From an uncultured Pseudomonadota bacterium (lineage in GTDB: Bacteria; SAR324; NAC60-12): DNA of 45,802 bases. Below the pieces are notes generated by a model, which did not search any database, was not told the origin of the DNA, and worked only from the letters and a program-made list of their open reading frames with translations. The position numbers were made by a program, and so were the translations under genes. Of this stretch, positions 1 through 8,886 are shown piece after piece. The stretch spans positions 1-45,802 of the forward strand of contig CAJXDX010000002.1 in NCBI GenBank assembly GCA_913052275.1, in the 5' to 3' direction. Position 1 is the first letter of the stretch, and each line of letters opens with the position of its first letter.

Positions 1-388
1 CAGTGAAATTTGACTGCCAGACACGCTCCCTAGTGATCTCAGGGCCAAAATCCCATTCGTGATTACCTAGCACCATGTAATCTACACCGACAGCATTCAG
101 CATATCTACGGTACTCTTTCCTTTATCCAGTCCTGAGAGCAAAGACGGAGAATATGCATCCCCCGCATGAATCAACAAGGAACGTATATTCCTTTTTGTT
201 TTCTTTTTGAAAGTCTTAGCCACACTTGCAAGTTTAGCATATCCTCCTCTTCCATCTTCGGAAGTGAATTCTGGCATATCACCTGTGAGAATGAATCTAA
301 TTGTGGCTGTTTCGTCTGCCTTTACAGCCATGGGCGCAAAAGCAATCATCCCCATTAAGAGGCCTGAAAATAATTTTTTTAGTCGCAT
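1..388 (-). CDS. Secreted 5'-nucleotidase / calcineurin-like metallophosphoesterase; N-terminal ~129 codons only, the gene runs off the left edge
   Basis: Absent from the ORF track because it is open-ended. Reverse-strand ATG at 386-388 is preceded by AAGGAGAA. Translation reads MRLKKLFSGLLMGMIAFAPMAVKADETATIRF...LLIHAGDAYSPSLLSG...MVLGNHEWDFGPE. This shows a signal peptide plus GD and GNHE metallophosphatase motifs typical of the UshA/5'-nucleotidase family. Confidence 0.75.
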   Translation of the reverse strand, partial: MRLKKLFSGLLMGMIAFAPMAVKADETATIRFILTGDMPEFTSEDGRGGYAKLASVAKTFKKKTKRNIRSLLIHAGDAYSPSLLSGLDKGKSTVDMLNAVGVDYMVLGNHEWDFGPEITRERVWQSNFT

Positions 389-652
389 AGTTTTCTCCTT
401 AATGTTTAATAGTAGAATTTTTTATGCACTGCCCAGAGCATCTGCCTGAACATGTGCAAAATTAGCCCATTCGTAAAGAATGGAAATGAGACCTGATGGA
501 AATCAAAATTATATTTGCAATAATTTAGAGAGTCTACCTTGCTTCGATGAAATCTTTAAGCTACGATGACGGAATATTTCTACAAAAATAATTTTCACCA
601 AATCAACACACAAAGATAATTACTCCAGTTAAAAAAAAGTTTCCACCAAAAA

Positions 653-2623
653 ATGACTATTTCTTCTTTCACTGATTCTAAAATTCAAATTCTTCCGGAA
701 ACCTTAATTAATAAAATTGCAGCAGGCGAGGTTGTTGAGCGTCCTGCTTCGGTTGTCAAGGAATTGCTGGAAAACGCCATTGACGCTGGAGCAACAGACG
801 TGCATGTGACTGTAAAAAACGGAGGAAAGGATCTGATTTCCATTCTGGACAACGGCAGCGGAATGAGCGAATCTGATGCCCAGCTCGCGGTGGAAAGACA
901 CGCAACAAGCAAAATATATAATGAAGACGACCTGTTCCGCATCAGCACACTGGGATTCCGCGGCGAAGCACTGGCTTCAATTGCATCAGTTTCTCATTTT
1001 GAGTTGCTGACATGTAATGACGAAAACCAGGGGGGGACCAGAATTCTTATTAAAGGTGGATATCTTGAGCAGCTCAGCAAGATTGGATTCCCGAAAGGAA
1101 CAAAAGTCACAGTGGAACGCCTTTTTTTCAATACACCGGCAAGATTAAAGTTCCTTAAAACCACAGCCACAGAACTTCAGCATATTCAGCTGCATATTTT
1201 ACAAAAATCCCTTGCTAATCCGGATATTCATTTTCGACTAACACACAATAGGCAACTGCTGCTCAATTTACCTGGGGGACAGGGACTGCAAACACGCATT
1301 CAGCAAATATTTGGTGAAGAGTTTTTAGACACTATTTTTCCGGTAAATCATGAGGAAACATCTCTGCTTTTTTCCGGATTTATCTCATTTCCTTCAAAAA
1401 CCAGAAAAAGCAGACGCTGGCAGTATATTTTTGTGAATGATCGAAATGTCAAATCTCCTGCTGTAAACCATGGGATTTACGATGGTTATGGCGTCTTTCT
1501 GGGAAAAAGCCAGCATCCTGCTTTTTTTCTTAACATTCATTTAGATCCAACTGAAATAGATGTAAATGTGCATCCGGCCAAAACGGAAATTCGTTTCCGT
1601 AACAGTCAGCTGGTTCACACAATTCTGGCAGACCAAATTTCCACTGCCCTGAAAGAATGTGCCAGCCGCAGGTTTTTTGGCCGGGAGCATTCACAATCCC
1701 AAATGTCGTACACTGGAGTTTCAGGGCAAATTGAAATGCCGATGGAAGACCCGCTGCCTTTGGAGGGGAAAAAATCATCAAATACACAGGCATCAAAGAA
1801 ATCTCGTCTCAAAATTGAAGCAAGAGAGCTGCCACCCAGAGGTTCACTCAGACAGGCTGGATCAGCAAAAAAAGCATTCCAAAATCAAGAAACTGTATCT
1901 GCCAGCTCAACTTTTCCGGACAGCAAAACAAAAACTTCCATTTCTACCCAAACATCTTTATACACACCTTCAAGTTCGGAAAAGAAAAATTTTGCTTCCG
2001 GAAACAAGGTAAGTAATCTGTTCCTGATTTCTCCGCTTCCTGATGTACCAAAAAATATTCGGGTTCTGGGGCAGTTCCGGGGAACTTATATCATTGCCGA
2101 AAATGATGCTGGACTGGTGCTCATTGATCAATGTGCTCTTCACCAACGCCTGCTTTACGAGACATTTGTTGAAGCAATTCAAAAAAAAGAAGTCCCGGTT
2201 GAAACTTTCAAAGCTTCATTATTGTTGGAACTAACTCCTCAGGAATCTGTACTGCTTGAACAACATTTAGAACCTCTGTCACTTTCCGGATTTGCTGTAA
2301 GTCCTTTTGGAGGAAGCACCTTTGCAGTCAATTCTATTCCAAAGTTTCTGGTCGAGGATCAAGTTAAAAAAGTGATTAGTGCAATCCTGGATAGATCGGC
2401 ACTTTTTGGAAAAGGTGGACATGTTGAAGAAATATTAAGGGATATATCTCTGACAGTGGCAGAGTTTGCCTCAATAAAATCAGAGCAGGTACTTGAAATG
2501 GCAGAAATGGAATGTTTGCTTGCCCAGTGGGAAGTGTTGGGAAGCCCGTTATCCTCCCTGCAGGATACCCCGTTTTTAGTTGAACTTTCTGTGCAGGAAC
2601 TTGAAAAAAGGTTAAGGCTTTGA
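653..2623 (+). CDS. mutL: DNA mismatch repair protein MutL
   Basis: 656 aa. The N-terminal GHKL ATPase signature LPETLINKIAAGEVVERPASVVKELLENAIDAGA and DNGSGM is present. There is a Ser/Thr/Lys-rich linker and a C-terminal dimerisation domain (GQFRGTYIIAEN...LIDQ). Confidence 0.95.
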   Translation: MTISSFTDSKIQILPETLINKIAAGEVVERPASVVKELLENAIDAGATDVHVTVKNGGKDLISILDNGSGMSESDAQLAVERHATSKIYNEDDLFRISTLGFRGEALASIASVSHFELLTCNDENQGGTRILIKGGYLEQLSKIGFPKGTKVTVERLFFNTPARLKFLKTTATELQHIQLHILQKSLANPDIHFRLTHNRQLLLNLPGGQGLQTRIQQIFGEEFLDTIFPVNHEETSLLFSGFISFPSKTRKSRRWQYIFVNDRNVKSPAVNHGIYDGYGVFLGKSQHPAFFLNIHLDPTEIDVNVHPAKTEIRFRNSQLVHTILADQISTALKECASRRFFGREHSQSQMSYTGVSGQIEMPMEDPLPLEGKKSSNTQASKKSRLKIEARELPPRGSLRQAGSAKKAFQNQETVSASSTFPDSKTKTSISTQTSLYTPSSSEKKNFASGNKVSNLFLISPLPDVPKNIRVLGQFRGTYIIAENDAGLVLIDQCALHQRLLYETFVEAIQKKEVPVETFKASLLLELTPQESVLLEQHLEPLSLSGFAVSPFGGSTFAVNSIPKFLVEDQVKKVISAILDRSALFGKGGHVEEILRDISLTVAEFASIKSEQVLEMAEMECLLAQWEVLGSPLSSLQDTPFLVELSVQELEKRLRL

Positions 2624-2636
2624 GTATTTAACCTTT
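2607..2636 (+). terminator. AT-rich hairpin spanning the mutL stop codon; possible weak terminator
   Basis: AAAGGTTAA (2607-2615) pairs perfectly with TTAACCTTT (2628-2636) around a 12-nt loop. There is no following T-tract and the stem has low GC, so terminator function is uncertain. Confidence 0.2.
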
Positions 2637-2911
2637 CTCAAAAATGTTAATTGACTTGATCATGATTTGCCTCGAAATGTTAGAATGTTTGCGTTGACAC
2701 TAAATCACTTTTGGCAACGATTTTACTTTAGATGCAGTCTTGCAAAGCGGCTGTATGTTTGCTTAAATCTTCAGTGCTTTGCTTCATAAATACGTAAAAT
2801 TCTCTTACTGAAAAACGTTATGATTTCATATAGATCTCTCGAAACTGCACTTAAATAATATGTATCCTGAGAATTCTTTTCCTAAGACTTAACGATAAGT
2901 TTGAGTAAAAA

Positions 2912-3859
2912 ATGTCAGAAAAAAATCAGCATCACAGACTGATTATACTTGGTTCGGGACCTGCCGGGCTGACTGCGGCTATCTATGCAGCAAGAGCAAT
3001 CTTAAAGCCTGTGGTAGTCTCCGGACGTGAAGCCGGAGGACAGCTGATGATAACAACAGATGTTGAAAATTATCCAGGCTTCCCTGAAGGAATTAAAGGC
3101 CCAGAAATGATGGAGCTGCTGAAGGCACAGGCTTCGCGATTTGGGACCAAGTTTTTATCCGGGGATGTGGTTGAGGTTGATTTAAGGCAACGCCCTTTTA
3201 AACTGAATTTGGAAAACAAAGACACCCTGACGTGCGATTCGCTGATTATTTCATCCGGTGCTTCCGCACGCTGGCTTGGTTTGGACTCAGAAAAAGAATA
3301 CAGCGGCAAAGGGGTTTCAGCCTGTGCTACCTGTGATGGTTTTTTCTTCCGTGATCAGCATGTTGGAGTTGTTGGCGGAGGAGATACTGCCTTAGAGGAA
3401 GCTCTTTATCTGGCAAATATGTGTAAAAGTGTCACACTGATTCACCGGCGTGATGAATTGCGAGGTAGCAAAATCATGCAGAAACGCGCCATCGATCATG
3501 AAAAAATATCGTTTTTTTGGGATACCGTTGTTGAAGAAGTAGTAGGCAACCCCGAAGACGGAATGACTTCACTTAAAGTGAGGAACGTCAAAACTGATGA
3601 AGTTTCCGAACATCCATTTACTGGATTGTTCATTGCAATAGGACATACTCCAAATACCAGTTTATTCAAAGATCAGCTGGAACTGGATGAAAACGGTTAT
3701 ATACAAGTGACTCCCGGTACTACTTATACATCGGTCGAAGGAGTTTTTGCATCCGGAGATGTTCAGGACCATGTTTATCGGCAGGCAGTTACAGCTGCCG
3801 GTACCGGATGTATGGCTGCAATAGACGCTGAGCGTTGGCTTGCTGAACATTTCGGCTAA
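2912..3859 (+). CDS. trxB: Thioredoxin-disulfide reductase (low-Mr type)
   Basis: 315 aa. It has the GSGPAG FAD-binding motif, the redox-active CATCDG, the NADPH motif GGGDTALEEA...HRRDELR, and the C-terminal GDV...QAVTAAGTGCMAA. Confidence 0.95.
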   Translation: MSEKNQHHRLIILGSGPAGLTAAIYAARAILKPVVVSGREAGGQLMITTDVENYPGFPEGIKGPEMMELLKAQASRFGTKFLSGDVVEVDLRQRPFKLNLENKDTLTCDSLIISSGASARWLGLDSEKEYSGKGVSACATCDGFFFRDQHVGVVGGGDTALEEALYLANMCKSVTLIHRRDELRGSKIMQKRAIDHEKISFFWDTVVEEVVGNPEDGMTSLKVRNVKTDEVSEHPFTGLFIAIGHTPNTSLFKDQLELDENGYIQVTPGTTYTSVEGVFASGDVQDHVYRQAVTAAGTGCMAAIDAERWLAEHFG

Positions 3860-3945
3860 ATAATTATTTACAGTCTTTAATTCAAATTTAAAATAACTTC
3901 TATTAAAAAATAATTTAAAAAAACTAATGCAAATTATAAAAAATC

Positions 3946-4422
3946 ATGAACAACAAATCTGTACTTGCGGTCGTTACAGCCCAAACTGCTGTAATTATTG
4001 GATTGCTCTATTTACTATGGAATCAGAAATCAAATGAATTAATCTTAAATAAAAACATAATACTCTTAATAGCAATTTTTTCAGTTGCACTACTGTTAGC
4101 GGTAATATTACTGCAAACAAAAAAATCAATTGTCAGCAAAGATAATGTAAGGAAGGACGGCACAGTAAAATGGTTCAGCCCAAGTAAGGGCTTTGGTTTT
4201 ATTGAACAGGACTTTGGTGATGATCTCTTTGTCCATCAGTCTGAAATACGTCAGTCCGGATTTCGTTATCTGAATCTTGGGGACCGAGTTGAGTATGTAG
4301 TAGGATCCGGGAAAAAAGGGCCCGTTGCTCTCAAAGTAATCCGGACCAGGCCTGCTGACCCGGAAAAATATGAAACTTTTATTGAAGAACCAGACGAGGA
4401 CAGGATTAGGCAGGTTTCTTAA
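3946..4422 (+). CDS. Membrane-anchored cold-shock-domain (CSD) protein
   Basis: 158 aa. Two hydrophobic helices lie at about residues 6-25 and 37-57. A canonical CSD follows, with RNP1 KGFGFI and an RNP2-like LFVHQ ([30 protein letters not shown]...), then an acidic tail. Confidence 0.8.
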   Translation: MNNKSVLAVVTAQTAVIIGLLYLLWNQKSNELILNKNIILLIAIFSVALLLAVILLQTKKSIVSKDNVRKDGTVKWFSPSKGFGFIEQDFGDDLFVHQSEIRQSGFRYLNLGDRVEYVVGSGKKGPVALKVIRTRPADPEKYETFIEEPDEDRIRQVS

Positions 4423-4439
4423 AGGAGCATATCTCAAGC

Positions 4440-5663
4440 ATGAAAAGAGAAAAACTAGTTTTAGCTTATTCAGGCGGTCTTGATACCTCGGTAATCGTAC
4501 ATTGGCTGAATAAGCAGGGATATGAAGTAATTGCTCTTTGTCTTGATTTAGGACAAAAAGTGGAAGACTTGGATGAAATCCTTGAAAAAGGCAAAAAAGC
4601 CGGCGCTGCAAAAGTTCTGGTAGAAAATGTGGAAGAAGAGTTTGTTAAGGATTATGTGTTTAGCTCCATTCACTGGAATGCCTTATATGAAGGTACTTAT
4701 CTGCTTGGGACTTCCCTGGCTCGTCCACTGATTGCCAAAAAACAGATTGAAATTGCAGAAAAGGAAGGTGCTTCTGCTGTATCCCATGGTGCTACAGGCA
4801 AAGGCAATGATCAGGTTCGATTTGAGTTAAGTTATTATGCACTTAAACCTGATATTCGAGTGATTGCTCCCTGGAAAATTCCAGAGTTTTACCAAAAATA
4901 TCCGGGGCGTTCTGAATTACTGGACTACGCAAAAAAATTTGGCATACCTGTGAAAGCCACCAAAGAAAGCCCATGGAGTTCAGATGAAAACCTGATGCAT
5001 ATCAGTTTTGAATCAGGAATGCTGGAAGATCCATGGCAAGCTCCGCTGCAGGAAATGTTTGAATTATCAAAGTCTCCTCAAAAAGCACCTTCTGATCCTC
5101 AGGAAATTCTAATTGAATTTAAAAATGGGAGCCCAACAGCAATTGACGGTAAAAAGTACTCTCCTGCAAAATTGCTGAGGCAGCTCAATGAAGTAGGCGG
5201 AATGCATGGAATTGGCAGAGTCGATATGGTGGAATCACGATTTGTAGGTATGAAAAATCGCGGTGTCTATGAAACTCCTGGTGGAACAATATTGCATATC
5301 GCACATCGGGCAATTGAGTCAATTACATTAAACCGCGGAGTGATCAATTTGAAAGATTCGCTAATGCCACGATTCGCACAATTGACCTACGATGGTTTCT
5401 GGTTTTCTCCTGAAATGGAAATATTACTTGATATGGTTAAGAAAACTCAGGAACCAGTGAATGGCACTGTTCGTCTGGAACTTTACAAGGGGAACTGTAC
5501 GGTTACAGGACGCAAATCACCCAATAGCTTGTACGTTGAGGACATGGCAACAATGGAAGCAGATCACGGTGCTTATGATCCAAAAGATGCTGTTGGCTTC
5601 ATCAAGCTTCATGCACTGCCACTCCGAATTCATGCAGGCCTGAAAGCAAACTCTAAACACTAG
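4440..5663 (+). CDS. argG: Argininosuccinate synthase
   Basis: 407 aa. It carries the AYSGGLDTSV ATP-binding motif, GATGKGNDQVRFE, and conserved ENLMHISFESG / RVDMVESRFVGMKNRGVYETPGGT blocks. Confidence 0.96.
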   Translation: MKREKLVLAYSGGLDTSVIVHWLNKQGYEVIALCLDLGQKVEDLDEILEKGKKAGAAKVLVENVEEEFVKDYVFSSIHWNALYEGTYLLGTSLARPLIAKKQIEIAEKEGASAVSHGATGKGNDQVRFELSYYALKPDIRVIAPWKIPEFYQKYPGRSELLDYAKKFGIPVKATKESPWSSDENLMHISFESGMLEDPWQAPLQEMFELSKSPQKAPSDPQEILIEFKNGSPTAIDGKKYSPAKLLRQLNEVGGMHGIGRVDMVESRFVGMKNRGVYETPGGTILHIAHRAIESITLNRGVINLKDSLMPRFAQLTYDGFWFSPEMEILLDMVKKTQEPVNGTVRLELYKGNCTVTGRKSPNSLYVEDMATMEADHGAYDPKDAVGFIKLHALPLRIHAGLKANSKH

Positions 5664-5706
5664 AGGAAGGCTTTTCAAAATCATCTTTCTTAACCATGAA
5701 AGAAGT

Positions 5707-6531
5707 ATGAAGCTGTACAAACTGTTTCAACTGCTAACGGTGGTATTTTTCCTTTCCACCTGCTATCTGGTTTATCTCCTTTACATTTCACCGGAAAAAA
5801 ATCTTCCTGCTCCCCAAACTGCCAAAATGGAAGTAAGTGTTGTTCCCGGGCCTGCGGAACAGCCGCCTGCAAATCCACAAATTTCAGAAGAGGAAATCCA
5901 GCGACTACTTGATGTTGAAAATGAACAGAAAGAACTTATTCTGCTTTTTGAGCGAGTTTCAGCAGATCTGAAAGATACCAAAAGATCAAAACAAATACTG
6001 GATCAGCTTTTATTGGGAAGGTCCATATTGAGTGATTTTGGCAAGAGTTTTTTAAACCACAAACTGTTCAGAAAGGCAGGCGGGTTTTTGAGCTATATGC
6101 GTAAAAAAACAAAAACCTATTTGAGTGATGGGAAACTGGTTATTAATCCTGCAGGAATCAAGAAAAAAGATTTGGATATTTTCCGGAAAGAAATGACAAG
6201 CTGGCTGCTGGCTCGAAAAGACGCAGAAATAGAGGCCGTTGCTAGATTTTTGAGTTTTTTCTTTGCAGAAACACTGTATGACATTCCCATGACTATGCTG
6301 GCCTCTCGTATGACTCCTGAACTGGAGGAAATTGATTACAGTAGTCCTGTACTGTTGAAAAACGTTCTCACCACCGCAAGCCGTGATTCCAACGGAGAAA
6401 TGAATGAAAAAGATCCCGCCAGTATTGAAAAATATACAATGTCACAGCAATTCTTTTTTCGCAGAGGTCCACAAATTACCGGAAAAGCCATTGTATTTTT
6501 GAAAGCTTACCTGAGCTACACCGATATTTAA
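5707..6531 (+). CDS. Hypothetical protein with N-terminal signal-anchor or TM helix
   Basis: 274 aa. It has a hydrophobic N-terminus (LFQLLTVVFFLSTCYLVYLLYI), a Pro/Gln-rich linker and a charged helical body. I recognise no motif. Coding status is supported by length and tight packing after argG. Confidence 0.55.
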   Translation: MKLYKLFQLLTVVFFLSTCYLVYLLYISPEKNLPAPQTAKMEVSVVPGPAEQPPANPQISEEEIQRLLDVENEQKELILLFERVSADLKDTKRSKQILDQLLLGRSILSDFGKSFLNHKLFRKAGGFLSYMRKKTKTYLSDGKLVINPAGIKKKDLDIFRKEMTSWLLARKDAEIEAVARFLSFFFAETLYDIPMTMLASRMTPELEEIDYSSPVLLKNVLTTASRDSNGEMNEKDPASIEKYTMSQQFFFRRGPQITGKAIVFLKAYLSYTDI

Positions 6532-6633
6532 CAATTCTTAACATCACAGGCAGAGCAGACTCCACCCTTTCAGCTTGGTTCCGGAATACAGAGGGACTCA
6601 AAGATTCGATCTTAATTAAAATGTTACAAAAAA

Positions 6634-7623
6634 ATGGAAATAAGAATTCTCAGCTCAGATGATGTCCGTAAGGCCCTTCCGATGAAGGAAGCAATTTCCG
6701 GGATGAAGCGAGCATTCAGCCGCTTATCTTCCGGACAGGTGGAAATGCCTCTCCGCAGCCGCGTGCCGGTTACTGACCAGGATGGTGTGCTGCTAACTAT
6801 GCCTGCTGCACTTCCCGAAGACGGGGAGCTGGCAGTAAAGCTTGTAACTGTTTTTGGTACAAATCCCGGACGAGGATTCCCTCTGATTCATGCAGCAGTA
6901 ATTGCACTGGATATTAATAATGGTCGAATCAAGGCACTGATGGATGGAGAAGTTTTGACAACTGTTCGTACCGGAGCGGCAGTTGGTGCCGCAACAGATA
7001 TACTTGCTCGGGAGGATGCTTCCACAGTTGGAATAATAGGCAGCAGCAAGCTAGCACAATCTCAACTGGAAGCAGTTTGCACTGTACGCTGTATTGAACA
7101 AGTGCGGGTTTTCAGCCCCAATCCAGAACATGCCCAAACATGTGCAGAGGAAATGTCCGGAAAAGGGCCTGTACCTGATGATGTTCGGGCAGTCCCATCA
7201 TCAAAAAAAGCTATTAACAATGCGGACATTGTCTGCACAGCTACAACTTCCACTACACCTGTAATAGCCTTTGAAAACCTTAAACAGGGTGTGCATATAA
7301 ATGCAGTAGGTGCATTTAAACCAGAAATGCAGGAAATTGATGCAGAGACCATTGTCAATGCGCTTGTTGTTGCAGACTCACGTGAGTCTGTTCTTGCAGA
7401 AGCAGGTGATTTAGTAATTCCCATCAATCAAGGTTTAATCACACCGGACCATGTTCATGCTGAAATTGGAGAACTGAACAACGGTACAAAAACTGGTAGG
7501 ACTTCTGCTGAGCAAATTACATTATTTAAGTCATGTGGTGTTGCTGTGCAGGATGCCGTTTCCGCCAGTATTGTCCTCAAAAACGCTGAAAGAGAAAATT
7601 TCGGTACTCTAGCCCATATTTAG
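6634..7623 (+). CDS. Ornithine cyclodeaminase / mu-crystallin family NAD(P)-dependent enzyme
   Basis: 329 aa. The family-typical layout is present: a Rossmann segment VGIIGSSKLAQSQLEAV, ADIVCTATTSTTPV, GVHINAVGAFKPEMQEID, and DSRESVLAEAGDL. Confidence 0.85.
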   Translation: MEIRILSSDDVRKALPMKEAISGMKRAFSRLSSGQVEMPLRSRVPVTDQDGVLLTMPAALPEDGELAVKLVTVFGTNPGRGFPLIHAAVIALDINNGRIKALMDGEVLTTVRTGAAVGAATDILAREDASTVGIIGSSKLAQSQLEAVCTVRCIEQVRVFSPNPEHAQTCAEEMSGKGPVPDDVRAVPSSKKAINNADIVCTATTSTTPVIAFENLKQGVHINAVGAFKPEMQEIDAETIVNALVVADSRESVLAEAGDLVIPINQGLITPDHVHAEIGELNNGTKTGRTSAEQITLFKSCGVAVQDAVSASIVLKNAERENFGTLAHI

Positions 7624-7625
7624 TC

Positions 7626-8783
7626 ATGACTGTCCCTCCAAAAACAGCCTCCGCAGTAATTATCGGCGGAGGAGTTATGGGAGCAAGTACAGCTTATCAT
7701 TTGGCAAGCCGTGGTCTTAAAGATGTTTTACTGATTGAACGGGAGCCTTTCTTCGGCACAGGGGCAACTGGCCGCTGCGCAGGAGGTATTCGTTATCAAT
7801 TCAACACTGGTGTAAATATTCGGCTTTCAAATGCAAGCCTTCCCATGATTGACGCATTTGAAGAAGAAACCGGGCAGTCGGCTCTGGTTCATAAATGCGG
7901 ATACATTTTTGTATTAACTTGTGAAAAAGATGTGGAAGTATTTCAAAAATCTGTGGAACTTCAGCATTCTTTAGGTGTCAATACAGAATGGCTTGACAGA
8001 GATGAAATTCACAGTATAGCAGATCCTTGCCTGTTCCCGGATGCCTTGGCAGGAACTTTTAATGCTGATGAAGGTTTGGCTGACCCGAACAGCATTGTGA
8101 TGGGCTATATCAATACAGCACAAAAACAAGGGGCTACCTGTATTACAGATTGCTGCGCAACTGAAATTGTTCTCAAAGGTAACAAAATCAGCAAAGTTAA
8201 AACCAGTTCAGGTGAAATTCATACCGAGTGTGTCGTGAATACCTGTGGACCATGGAGTGCTGCTTTAGGAAAAACAATTGGCCTTGAGATACCTGTTTCT
8301 CCGCTCCGGCGGCAGTGGTTTGTTACGGACTCACTCCCGGCACTGCCTGCAGAATTTCCTTTTGTGATAGATTTTTCACAAAGCCTTTATTTTCATCGTG
8401 AAGGTTCTGGACTGTTAAGCGGCATGTCTAATCCGAAAGAAATAATCGGAGAGGATCAAAGTATCGATCCGAAATGGGAACTGGAACACATAGAAGCTGC
8501 TGTGAAACGCATGCCCATGCTGGAAAATACTGGAATTCGGACAAGACAGGCAGGACTATATGAGATGACTCCTGATGCTCATCCCATTATCGGTTCAACA
8601 CCAGTGGATGGTTTTTACCTGCTCACAGGATTTTCAGGTCATGGGTTTATGCAGGGACCTGTTTGCGGAAAGCTGATGGCTGAAATTCTGATTGACGGAG
8701 ATGCTTCCACAGTTGATATCAGCATGCTGGATTATAACAGATTTTCCGAAAACCGCTTAATTACAGAATATAACGTTATTTGA
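7626..8783 (+). CDS. FAD-dependent oxidoreductase, DAO family (sarcosine oxidase beta / D-amino-acid dehydrogenase-like)
   Basis: 385 aa. The N-terminal dinucleotide fold is VIIGGGVMGASTAYHLASRG. The C-terminal FSGHGFMQGP block is typical of the DAO family. It starts 3 nt after the preceding stop. Confidence 0.85.
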   Translation: MTVPPKTASAVIIGGGVMGASTAYHLASRGLKDVLLIEREPFFGTGATGRCAGGIRYQFNTGVNIRLSNASLPMIDAFEEETGQSALVHKCGYIFVLTCEKDVEVFQKSVELQHSLGVNTEWLDRDEIHSIADPCLFPDALAGTFNADEGLADPNSIVMGYINTAQKQGATCITDCCATEIVLKGNKISKVKTSSGEIHTECVVNTCGPWSAALGKTIGLEIPVSPLRRQWFVTDSLPALPAEFPFVIDFSQSLYFHREGSGLLSGMSNPKEIIGEDQSIDPKWELEHIEAAVKRMPMLENTGIRTRQAGLYEMTPDAHPIIGSTPVDGFYLLTGFSGHGFMQGPVCGKLMAEILIDGDASTVDISMLDYNRFSENRLITEYNVI

Positions 8784-8886
8784 GTTCAGATTCTGGATTG
8801 CATCACAACGTATATTGGCTTAGGATGAAAGAAAATATGATTCAATTATTTTTGTAATCATTCAAAAAATTTAATGGAGATTATTT

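Noticed and set aside
167-449. Two + strand track ORFs (167-358, 207-449) at the left edge
   Set aside because: They lie antisense to a much better supported open-ended minus-strand gene with a signal peptide, GD/GNHE metallophosphatase motifs and a strong RBS. Their translations are low-complexity with no motifs.
2700-2720. Sigma-54-like TGGCA element (TTTTGGCAACGATTTTAC) upstream of trxB, and TGGCAGAAATGTTTGA near 23994
   Set aside because: The -12 element is TTAC or TTGA rather than TTGC at the required spacing from GG. There is no GC dinucleotide at -12 and no enhancer-binding-protein gene nearby.
4126-4611. 161-aa minus-strand ORF spanning the CSD-gene/argG junction. Similar antisense ORFs occur at 7062-7427, 10598-10996, 11084-11413 and 42934-43275.
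   Set aside because: All are antisense to genes with unambiguous family motifs, and none shows motifs of its own. I regard them as shadow ORFs.
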